Virus record (IMG/VR): IMGVR_UViG_3300025133_000023
Direction: 5' to 3' (one strand)
DNA: 64,000 nt
DNA from: a virus
Made by a program: the position numbers and the translations under genes. Each line of letters opens with the position of its first letter. Positions within the stretch are counted from its first letter, which is position 1. The notes below the pieces were generated by a model. It saw only the letters and a program-made list of their open reading frames with translations. It was not told the DNA's origin and did not search any database. Of the stretch, positions 21,203-29,639 are shown in pieces.

Positions 21203-21768
21203 TACTTCATGTATCCGTCTTCATCAAGCTGGATAGCATCCTTTTGAGAGACAAAGACGGAGTAATACTCGATACGCCCTATGTCGCTTCGGTGCTCAAC
21301 AACAGCCTGTGGCTTATGTATCTTCCATCTACGATATGGCTTAACTGGAGCACCCTCAATATCATGAACCATTTCAACGATACGATCATAGTGCTTGGGA
21401 AACGCAGTGTACTCCATATAATACACAACGGTGTCAATATTAATGACTCCGCCTGGAAGATGCTGGTTCTTAAGTACCAGTTTTTTCATGTTGGACCCAA
21501 TGTCCACTTTTCGAACCCAGGCCCAATCCTCATCCCAAAGATAGCCTTCACCCTTACAAGTGGGGCACCGAGTGGTTGCTTCGTTAGTTAGGGAATCTAC
21601 ACACTCACAGGGGATAAGTTTGTTGTCACTAGTCCATCTCATTTTACGAAATAGAATCCTATGAGCTTTGGGAACTTCGTAGTCGTTCCCAAAGAACATA
21701 TCATTGAGTTCTTTTCTAAGGTCAGCTTCAATCGAGCCACTTCCCGTATATGGGTTATAAAGAGACAC
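21202..21768 (-). CDS. Head closure/neck protein
   Basis: Synteny; CECVD...CPTCKGEG Zn motif; RSDIGRIEYY. Confidence 0.45.
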   Translation of the reverse strand: MSLYNPYTGSGSIEADLRKELNDMFFGNDYEVPKAHRILFRKMRWTSDNKLIPCECVDSLTNEATTRCPTCKGEGYLWDEDWAWVRKVDIGSNMKKLVLKNQHLPGGVINIDTVVYYMEYTAFPKHYDRIVEMVHDIEGAPVKPYRRWKIHKPQAVVEHRSDIGRIEYYSVFVSQKDAIQLDEDGYMK

Positions 21769-21773
21769 GATAA

Positions 21774-22835
21774 TCAGTACCCGCTACCAGAGCCCCACTT
21801 GCTTGGGAACGGATCTCTACGATCAGTTCCTGACTTGCCCTTGGTTCTCCGACCCTTGTAGGTCTTGGTTTTTCGGCTACCCCTGTTCTTATAAACATAA
21901 ACGTTTCCGCCACCACGCTCTCCAGCAACAAATCCCCTACCAAACTCTGGGTAGTCGGGATGGTTGAGTCCCTTAATCGTTGTACTCAGAGGCAGTGAAG
22001 AACCGGGACTAATGTTGCCGCCAGCCTGAAGGATGGGTGTAAGTTCATCAAGACAATCTTGAAGGTCATCAATCTTTGCACCCCAGCTTAGATCATACTC
22101 TACAGTCAAGTCAGCAAGCTGCTTCTTCTTGACCATATTGCTGACAAGGTTAGTCATAACAAGTCGACTCGCCATACAGGTTACCCACCTACGCTTAACC
22201 CATTCATAGTATTCACTATTGGGTCGGGTTGTTACAAAGCTCAACACATCAGCATCAAGTGACGCCTGGTAGATTGCAAGAAGGATAGAGCTTTCATCTA
22301 CGCCTCTCAAATACCCACCAACCTCTGCCATTACTAGGGAGGTCGACGTATAGACTGGAGTGAACTCTGTCCAGAACCTAATCTCGACATCACTTCCAAG
22401 AGTGGTAGCGTCTTCATCAACGATGGATGAGTCCAGGGTGATGAGAACACAACTGTTGAGATTGAGGGTTGCTGACTCAATACGAGATCTTGTTAGAACG
22501 TCAAATGTAAAATCAACAGTAGTAACTACACTATCCTGAGTGAAGGTCCATCTATCTGTCCAAGTGCCAATAGTAGTGTCTGCAAGAATGGGGAAAATAT
22601 ATGAGTAAAGCCCGATGGACTCCCTTACCAGAAGATTAGTTCCCTGCTGTCCGGCGTCTCCTAGGCTTGTAGTAGATGCATTTAATACATCAGCAAGAGT
22701 ATCGTCTGAAGTGTCAACAGAAGGCGCAAAGATATCTACTACCGGTCCAACAGCTGGATCGAATAGGTTGTCTTCTGCATCCCTAAGCTCAACAATGAGC
22801 TTGAAGACTGAGTTGTCTTGATATGTAATGCGCAT
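21774..22835 (-). CDS. Head-tail adaptor with N-terminal beta-sandwich
   Basis: C-terminal helical region ending KKKQLADLTVEYD, like gp15/gp6 adaptors; basic tail. Confidence 0.5.
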   Translation of the reverse strand: MRITYQDNSVFKLIVELRDAEDNLFDPAVGPVVDIFAPSVDTSDDTLADVLNASTTSLGDAGQQGTNLLVRESIGLYSYIFPILADTTIGTWTDRWTFTQDSVVTTVDFTFDVLTRSRIESATLNLNSCVLITLDSSIVDEDATTLGSDVEIRFWTEFTPVYTSTSLVMAEVGGYLRGVDESSILLAIYQASLDADVLSFVTTRPNSEYYEWVKRRWVTCMASRLVMTNLVSNMVKKKQLADLTVEYDLSWGAKIDDLQDCLDELTPILQAGGNISPGSSLPLSTTIKGLNHPDYPEFGRGFVAGERGGGNVYVYKNRGSRKTKTYKGRRTKGKSGTDRRDPFPSKWGSGSGY

Positions 22836-22941
22836 TCAGATCCCTTAAGGTGCTGGGGTAAAGGTCATTTGTAGGTCAGAAAAGATCGCCTCGTACTCTG
22901 CAGCAACGCGAATCATGTCGCGCTTCGGCTAGCTGTAGACA

Positions 22942-23331
22942 TTAGACTGTATCCGTGACGACTGGGAGATCACTTAAGTCGACAATGCCTCCTCGCCAAG
23001 TGACGCTGGTAAAGTTAGGAGCTGCTGCTATAGCAGACCAACTTCCAACCATGTCGATTTCAGCTACCGTTCTTGATTCATTCATATTGAGAAGCTCTGT
23101 AGAAACAACTCGTCCCCTTCCATTTGGATGGAAGATAGGACTGTTGACTTCAAACCTTGGTTGTCCCAATTGGTTAGCGTTAGGGTTAACGGTACGTCCC
23201 GCCCCCCAATTAGCAAACAGACTCTTTCTGAGAAAGAAACCACTCATTGTGATTTCATCAATTCTGATTGTGTCCCCTGCTGCGTTCTTGTATTGCCTCA
23301 AAACTGAGAAAAATGCTAGGTCTTGACCCAT
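22942..23331 (-). CDS. Hypothetical virion protein, 129 aa
   Basis: ORF in the structural operon with an SD (GGGAGG). Confidence 0.5.
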   Translation of the reverse strand: MGQDLAFFSVLRQYKNAAGDTIRIDEITMSGFFLRKSLFANWGAGRTVNPNANQLGQPRFEVNSPIFHPNGRGRVVSTELLNMNESRTVAEIDMVGSWSAIAAAPNFTSVTWRGGIVDLSDLPVVTDTV

Positions 23332-23345
23332 TAGTCGATCCTCCC

Positions 23346-24413
23346 TTAGATCTGGATTGTCAGTACTCTCCCACTGACACTTAGGATTTTGGGAATATCA
23401 GACTGACCAGTAACGCCAGTATACAAGCCAAGGGCTGGCAAGATATCTATCGCCACCTGATCTGGAGTGATAGTACCCAAATTATTTGTAAAAGTAATTG
23501 TAATTGTACGTTTGCTTCGACTAATGCTAGTCGCAAGATTCACGGGGTTAGATGTACTAACCTCAAAGATCGTAGGAGCAACCGGGGTACCCACATCACC
23601 AATAACGCTTGTACTGGTAGAGCTAGGTACGGTTGTGATGTCACCACTGCCTGTGGTAAAGACCCACGAGGACGTAGTTGTCATATACTCAGGAGGGTCT
23701 ACCCTTGTCGTAAAGCGATCTCCAACACGGAAATCGCTTCCTGAAAAACTTAGATATACTCCTTCATTGAGGATAACTTCATTCTGGCTCACTGTTCCTG
23801 TTCTAATATTGAGAGGGTTGGAGGTTCTCCACCAACTAAACTTCGCTGTACCAAACTCACCAGCAAGTGTAACCTCAACAACATACTGATCTTCAGCTGT
23901 TCCAATGTAGCCACCAGTAAAGCTAGCTCCACCAGAGCCTAGATTAGTCCCAAGCTCAGTGTCTCCAACAGTACGAGAAGCAATGCCAATCCTAACGGTA
24001 TCAGAAGAGTTTTCATCTCCTGCAACGTAGACCCTAAACTGAACCCCAGGCGCCATTATCTTGGTTGGGGTAAAGGTTAGTTTAGTCTTAAAGGCACTAG
24101 CATCAGGATCATAGGTGGGGCTTGAGGTGGAAACACCCAAAGCTGTGAGCTTCTCGTAGGTGAATGTCCCTTCAAGGATTCCCTTATAGCCTGGAGTATC
24201 TAGATAGAAGTCAGGAGTTGGGGTAAGGGGTCGATCATATAAAATCAAATCAGGGCCAGTCCAACGATCACTATCATTAGCCTCAACCAAAAAAGCTCTA
24301 GCCACTGAAGCTGGATCAATCTCTTTATCAAAGATTACCCAAATAGGCGAACCAAGAACCACTCCTGTTTGGAGGTTGGCCGGGTTTACGCTTTCAATAG
24401 TTGGAGCTGCCAT
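23346..24413 (-). CDS. Ig-like (Big_5-type) domain virion protein
   Basis: APTIESVNPANLQTGV...IWVIFDKEIDPASV and a second Ig-like unit STSNPVNLAT...ITITFTNNL. Confidence 0.65.
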   Translation of the reverse strand: MAAPTIESVNPANLQTGVVLGSPIWVIFDKEIDPASVARAFLVEANDSDRWTGPDLILYDRPLTPTPDFYLDTPGYKGILEGTFTYEKLTALGVSTSSPTYDPDASAFKTKLTFTPTKIMAPGVQFRVYVAGDENSSDTVRIGIASRTVGDTELGTNLGSGGASFTGGYIGTAEDQYVVEVTLAGEFGTAKFSWWRTSNPLNIRTGTVSQNEVILNEGVYLSFSGSDFRVGDRFTTRVDPPEYMTTTSSWVFTTGSGDITTVPSSTSTSVIGDVGTPVAPTIFEVSTSNPVNLATSISRSKRTITITFTNNLGTITPDQVAIDILPALGLYTGVTGQSDIPKILSVSGRVLTIQI

Positions 24414-24416
24414 GTC

Positions 24417-24797
24417 TTAGATCCTTCCGGTAAAGAGGAACACTAGGCGTTCCCATAGAGTCATTTGATGATACTTGGCAACCTTATCTTCAAGGGAACG
24501 AATCTCTTGATCCTTGGCGTCAAGCGCAGCTTCGAGACTATCTCTATAAGCATAGATGACTTTCATCTCTTCAAGCTGATCGTCGGAGGGAAGACCTTTC
24601 TGTAATGCTACAGTAACTTCTTCTTCCTCTTCAGTAATAGAAAAGAACTGAGCTTCCTTCTCGGACTTGGCTAGTTCTTTCTTCATAGCAATCATAAGCT
24701 GCTGGTGTTTCGCCTCTTCAAGACGCTTCTTAGACTCTGGGTTACTTACCCAGTCATTAAGCTTACCTAGATCGAGGGCTTTTCTTTGTCCTGACAT
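24417..24797 (-). CDS. Hypothetical coiled-coil protein, 126 aa
   Basis: ORF track; ends TLWERLVFLFTGRI. Confidence 0.55.
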   Translation of the reverse strand: MSGQRKALDLGKLNDWVSNPESKKRLEEAKHQQLMIAMKKELAKSEKEAQFFSITEEEEEVTVALQKGLPSDDQLEEMKVIYAYRDSLEAALDAKDQEIRSLEDKVAKYHQMTLWERLVFLFTGRI

Positions 24798-24864
24798 ATT
24801 TGTGTTCCTGTGTATTACTACTCCACCCCTGATAAGGAAAGTGTTCTCTTAGTATACCACTCAA

Positions 24865-24912
24865 AACAAAAAAAGGCCGAGGTCACTAGTTATGTTCTTC
24901 TAGATAATCGGC
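24865..24912 (-). terminator. Intrinsic terminator-like hairpin
   Basis: On the minus strand, GCCGA...TCGGC followed by a run of 8 T. Confidence 0.5.
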
Positions 24913-25081
24913 TAGTTTTCGTAAGGCTAATGGGCTTTCTGAAGCTAAGCCAATAGCTAGATTACATCCTATGCACAACAATCCTCTAACCTTTTCCGTC
25001 AGCTTTTGACTTATCCTTACGGAAACAAGAAGGACTTTTCCTCTCTTTGCATCGCGAACAGATCTTTTGCTCTAATAACAT
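24886..25081 (-). pseudogene. Remnant of an Endonuclease VII-family HNH homing endonuclease
   Basis: Frame A reads MLLEQKICSRCKERKSPSCFRKDKSKADG; the +1 frame reads TEKVRGLLCIGCNLAIG...LRKLADYLEEHN*. The central DH-containing part is missing. Confidence 0.75.
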
Positions 25082-25095
25082 GCTATCTTCCACAG

Positions 25096-25128
25096 AAAAA
25101 GGCAGAGCCTACAGATGTAGACTCTGCC
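25096..25128 (-). terminator. Rho-independent terminator after the major capsid gene
   Basis: GGCAGAG-CTACA/TGTAG-CTCTGCC stem followed by TTTTT on the minus strand. Confidence 0.75.
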
Positions 25129-25155
25129 CAATTTCTTTAGGTCAGACTACCCGAA

Positions 25156-26445
25156 TTATACGACTGCGGTCGTCATCGGGATTGCTGCAATGGAGTTACT
25201 TACGTTGTAAGTAGCGGTTGCCGGCAGTACCACCTGGTTAGGCGTGACCTTGACGTTCTTCGCGACCATGATTCCCTGGCCTTCGTCATAGATTGCAACA
25301 CCGTATCGTTCACGGAGCTTAATCTTTCGAACATCAACTCGTGGGTCATTCCACTCTTCGGTCATCAGCTCTTCGTCTACAAGAAGGGCACCAAGGGCAC
25401 CAGACTGGAAGACGAACACGTCAGTCAGTAGAGTCTCAGGATCGAAAGGCATAAATGGACTTACGATAATCCTGAATGGGAATGGGAAGTACGCGCTTGG
25501 TAGCGATGGACCAGAGTCCAGAGCGTTTGCGTAATCCGCAACACCGGATGCGTCAGCGCCATGAGCGTTGCCATCAGGCAGGCCTGGGACGATGTCCCTA
25601 CCCTGACTAATACCGGTGCGGTCACCGTTGTTGAATGGATCTTGGTGTGCAACTCGACCCTGCCACTGCTGGAAGAAACTTCCTGCACCGTTCTGAAGCG
25701 CGAACGCTCGCATAACGGGGTCCTTGACCCACATGAGCCAAGTAAGTGGGTGGCAAAGAATGGTGTCAGGCGTATAGCCGTTGTGCCATGCTGCTGCCAT
25801 CAGGTCAAATAGGTCATCCATAATCATAGAACCGTTAGCGGTTCCGTCTAGTGCACGACCGTGCGTTACGCCGAATAGTGACGTGGTTGGGTCAGCATTG
25901 TCATAGGCGACAATACCCAGACCAAGAATGTGCTGCCAGATCTTGCTCTCCTTATGGCGAGCCATTGCCTTACCAGCCTGTCGCATGTACAGACCCATCA
26001 GATCCCAGTCACTGTAGCGAAGCATCTCTTCGGTGAATCCGAAGGCCATTCCGACCTTTCCGACATTCGCCGTAACAGTTGCTCCACCCAGGTTTGGCTG
26101 GTGCTCTGGGTAAGGACCACCCTCAGGAATGTCATCTGCGCTCATAGCACCAAGTGCTGGCATGACAAACTGAGTGTATGGCTTGAACTGAACCTTGTCT
26201 AGAAGGCTCACACCAATCATGAGAGGCTCCTGGGCCTCCTTGATGATTGAGACGACGACCTTAGGAAGAAGTGGAGAGGCATTACTCGTGTTGAGAATAT
26301 CCTTGATATCCATCTTCTTACCGTTCGTGAAGTCGAAACCGTCATTCAGGAACACATTCTTAAGTCGAAGGAAGTCGCCACGGCTAGCAATTGCTTCGCC
26401 ATTTCGATCCTGTAGGCTGACGTTTACGTTTTCGTTAAACCTCAT
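25156..26445 (-). CDS. Major capsid protein (HK97 fold)
   Basis: DIPEGGPYPE, VGKVGMAFGFTEEMLRYSDWDLMGLYMRQAGKAMARHKE, PDTILCHP, KIKLRERYGVAI; strong SD; canonical position. Confidence 0.9.
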   Translation of the reverse strand: MRFNENVNVSLQDRNGEAIASRGDFLRLKNVFLNDGFDFTNGKKMDIKDILNTSNASPLLPKVVVSIIKEAQEPLMIGVSLLDKVQFKPYTQFVMPALGAMSADDIPEGGPYPEHQPNLGGATVTANVGKVGMAFGFTEEMLRYSDWDLMGLYMRQAGKAMARHKESKIWQHILGLGIVAYDNADPTTSLFGVTHGRALDGTANGSMIMDDLFDLMAAAWHNGYTPDTILCHPLTWLMWVKDPVMRAFALQNGAGSFFQQWQGRVAHQDPFNNGDRTGISQGRDIVPGLPDGNAHGADASGVADYANALDSGPSLPSAYFPFPFRIIVSPFMPFDPETLLTDVFVFQSGALGALLVDEELMTEEWNDPRVDVRKIKLRERYGVAIYDEGQGIMVAKNVKVTPNQVVLPATATYNVSNSIAAIPMTTAVV

Positions 26446-26467
26446 TGTTTTTCCTTTCTCCTTAGAA

Positions 26468-27787
26468 TTACCTGTTAATCAGGCTGACTAGAACTTCCTT
26501 GTCTGCGCCTTGTGCATACATGACGGTTGAGGGAAGACCTTCGGTAGCGGTACCTGGCATTCGGTTTACGTTACCCAGCATTGTGTACTGGGACTTAACT
26601 CTATGCATGAGGTCCTTGGGGTAGGTCTTGAATCCGAACACCTGGCCTACTCGGAAGTTAGTCCAAGTAGCATCGCCAACGCCCGTCTCGACCGCAAAGT
26701 TACTATCAGAGTCACACACCAAGAAGTCACCGTTGCGGATCTCGCGACCAGCAACTGGAACAGCAGATGCGTAAATGCTAACTGCAGCGGGTGGTACGTC
26801 ATAACTGAAGTAGGTAATGGTGCCAGTTAGGTTGGCTCCAATCACTGTCTGAGATGCACTGTATAAGAACAGTACACCAGCTTCTGCGTCGACATAGTAA
26901 TCACCAAGAACGGAAAGAGCGTCAGGCCCTGACCGTAGTCGAGTGAGGACACCAGTTCCTGACTCAGTCAGGGGCGCAAATAGCGTAGTAGGTCCAGCAA
27001 GGGGATAATGATCAAGGAACATAGCAAGCCATGTTCCTGTAGCAGATAGGTTATCCCACCGCTCCATTGCAATAACAGAAGCTCTGTCTTGAAGACGGGG
27101 GGTTCCTAGTACTGGAGCAGTAGCCGTAATGGCACCCGGAACCGATTCCGTGGCGACAACCCCAGGAATGTAGGGTAGTCGTAGCTGGTAGGAGACCAGG
27201 ACCTGAACCTGGTGCTGAAGACTGAAGTTGTGACTCTTTCGCTGAAGAGCGTTGAACTTCTCGCCGTTGTAGTTAGACCATGCCCAGAATGCCTGTGCAG
27301 CAACCCCTAGTGGGTAACTGACGAAGGCATCGCAAGTCTCACCGGTTTCGATGAGTCCACGATCAATCAGGGCTGTAGTAATATCAGCGGCTGTGTAGGT
27401 AGTTGTACCGTTGACGTCATATACATCTCCGGTTGTTAGGTCAATAGTCTGCTCGGTGAAATCGTCAGCCGTGTATGTGAGGCCGGTTCCTGCGGCAAAC
27501 AGGATCTTAAGACCTGCTGGCACGACGTGCTGACTATCTTCCCAATCGCTGACTGCACTCTTAACTGCTTCTGCCTGACGAGTCAGGGAAACGATCTTTC
27601 CGGGGCTTACAACACTCCAAGCTTCAAAGTGCTTGTCGTATCGTTCCACTGGTAGCCATGGAGCAGGAATAAAATCCCCTGCCAGACGACCGTGAGGTCC
27701 CTTCTCAGAGTGCTCAACGTTAGGGAATAGATTTTCAACATGATCCCACTGACGGTGCGTTGCACTATATCTGTTAGCGTAAGACAT
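26468..27787 (-). CDS. Head decoration or minor capsid protein
   Basis: Between protease and MCP; beta-rich 439 aa. Confidence 0.55.
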   Translation of the reverse strand: MSYANRYSATHRQWDHVENLFPNVEHSEKGPHGRLAGDFIPAPWLPVERYDKHFEAWSVVSPGKIVSLTRQAEAVKSAVSDWEDSQHVVPAGLKILFAAGTGLTYTADDFTEQTIDLTTGDVYDVNGTTTYTAADITTALIDRGLIETGETCDAFVSYPLGVAAQAFWAWSNYNGEKFNALQRKSHNFSLQHQVQVLVSYQLRLPYIPGVVATESVPGAITATAPVLGTPRLQDRASVIAMERWDNLSATGTWLAMFLDHYPLAGPTTLFAPLTESGTGVLTRLRSGPDALSVLGDYYVDAEAGVLFLYSASQTVIGANLTGTITYFSYDVPPAAVSIYASAVPVAGREIRNGDFLVCDSDSNFAVETGVGDATWTNFRVGQVFGFKTYPKDLMHRVKSQYTMLGNVNRMPGTATEGLPSTVMYAQGADKEVLVSLINR

Positions 27788-27806
27788 TTAGGTTCTACTC
27801 CTTGTA

Positions 27807-29639
27807 TTAGTCCCCATCAGTAACACCTGAAAGGTGCTTCGTGATGTCAAAATCCCTAGGTAATACATCGACTTGCTTCATTCGATGTAGCCAATTGTTA
27901 GCGTGCTCTTTGCTCTCGTACTCTTCTAGCCAACGATAACGCTGGATTTGGGACTCGTAAAGCTTAGATTCTTTCTCAGTGGCATCCTTAACGGAGTGCT
28001 CAGAGTTAGTTCCTGCACCTGGCAGGGTAGGGTCATCCACTGCCACGTTTGTTACAACACCCGAAGTTCCATCGGGCCTCAGAACCATGTTATCAAAGTT
28101 AGCTTTCTCTCGCAAGTCATTGAATTCACTTTCAAGCTGAGAGATAGTTTTTTCGGACTGAGCCTCCTTCAAAACATCGAAACTATCTTCCTTGCTATCA
28201 ATCATACGGAGAACCGTAGTAAATTCAACAAGTACGTCATGAATTCTAGAAATAGACTCATCACGCTCTTCAGTTAGTTTCTTCTGTGCGGTAAACATTT
28301 CAGACAACTCAGAGCGCATAAAACGCTTATTGTCTGTTGCATCCTTAAGGGTCTGACGCAGATTATCTGCCTCTGTCTTAAGTGTAGTGAACTCATCCTG
28401 AGCAACGTAGTTACTCAAGTCAACCTCTTCCTTCTTAGGTGCTAGCTCGTACCCCTTGACTACAGCTGCTGATAGAACAGCACCGTAGAGGGTCTTGAGG
28501 CTCGCATCGTCAGAAAAGGCTGGGATAAGCCTTTCAGCTACATCATTAATAGAATGCCCAGAAAGCTCAGAAACAATGTTCTCAACAGAAGCTCCAGCAA
28601 GAGTAAGCATATCTTCTAGCTTAACCTCTTCCTTTGGCTCTTCCTTGACATCGTCTTCCAGCTTTACAGCGGCTTCTGGTTCCTGAGCATCGTCCTGAAG
28701 TTCGACTTCAGTCTCCTCAGGCTGATCGGTATTGGTATCTGCCATGCTCTTCCTACTCCCGTAAGCGTCCGTAAAGGAGAGTGAAATAGGGTAGGTAAAG
28801 AAATCTTCCCGTAAACTCTCCGTCATAATATTGGTGACTTCATGACCGTTATCGTTAACGATCTGGAAGGAAACACTCTGTGCAAGAGTATCACCAGGGT
28901 TAACTACATAGGAGAAGGCCTCCTCGTAAGTTAGTTTGCCAGGAATGACAAAGCATCCATCGGCTCCAGGCTCATGATCACACATACCGTCCTTAATAAA
29001 GTCAGTATGGCATTCAGAGCAATAGGCTTCATTTGAAGACATTCCAGTAGACACTGTAAGCCACCGCTGATCGAGGATCTTTTCAATAGCATCCTGATCA
29101 TAGATCATTGCGTCAACTACAAGATGCCCAAGTCCTTCCCAATCTCTCTCATAGAGGAGACCTGTTTTCTTGAGATCCTTAACTGCGTCAAGCCAGTAAC
29201 CCATTCCCTGCTTACCGTTATGGTCAGACAGTCGGAAGGGAGACTTCCCAAAGCGATCGGTGTGTTTGTTTGTTGCAAAATCATATGCAACATAGTGGTT
29301 ACCGACTGCCCTACCTAGAACACGCCCTTCACCCTTGCCTCCAAACATACTAGGAGATCCGTCATCATGACCAACAAGAACTGGCTTGTCGTATCCGGCG
29401 GTTCCACCCCTAGCCCTAGAAAGCATAGAGCCACGTCCCTCTTCTACCTTAGCTGGTAGATAAAGAGCGTGGTTACGCGTGATACGGGCTGCGTGCTGTG
29501 CAATAGACCTCACAAAGAGGCCTTTGCCAGACGATAGATAGCTATCAATAAACGCCACCTTAGCCTTAGTGTCTTCGGGGACTCTAAGACCAACTGGGGT
29601 TACTGTTCGTGAATCGCGAAAAAATGCGACCTTAGACAT
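27807..29639 (-). CDS. Prohead protease with C-terminal scaffold
   Basis: KPVLVGHD and LTVSTGMS...YCSECH...CDH protease-like motifs; acidic coiled-coil C-terminal half. Confidence 0.75.
   Translation of the reverse strand: MSKVAFFRDSRTVTPVGLRVPEDTKAKVAFIDSYLSSGKGLFVRSIAQHAARITRNHALYLPAKVEEGRGSMLSRARGGTAGYDKPVLVGHDDGSPSMFGGKGEGRVLGRAVGNHYVAYDFATNKHTDRFGKSPFRLSDHNGKQGMGYWLDAVKDLKKTGLLYERDWEGLGHLVVDAMIYDQDAIEKILDQRWLTVSTGMSSNEAYCSECHTDFIKDGMCDHEPGADGCFVIPGKLTYEEAFSYVVNPGDTLAQSVSFQIVNDNGHEVTNIMTESLREDFFTYPISLSFTDAYGSRKSMADTNTDQPEETEVELQDDAQEPEAAVKLEDDVKEEPKEEVKLEDMLTLAGASVENIVSELSGHSINDVAERLIPAFSDDASLKTLYGAVLSAAVVKGYELAPKKEEVDLSNYVAQDEFTTLKTEADNLRQTLKDATDNKRFMRSELSEMFTAQKKLTEERDESISRIHDVLVEFTTVLRMIDSKEDSFDVLKEAQSEKTISQLESEFNDLREKANFDNMVLRPDGTSGVVTNVAVDDPTLPGAGTNSEHSVKDATEKESKLYESQIQRYRWLEEYESKEHANNWLHRMKQVDVLPRDFDITKHLSGVTDGD

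Noticed and set aside
22846-22942. Two tiny overlapping minus-strand ORFs (MSTASRSAT*, MIRVAAEYEAIFSDLQMTFTPAP*)
   Set aside because: Too short to support; could be a split micro-gene or chance.
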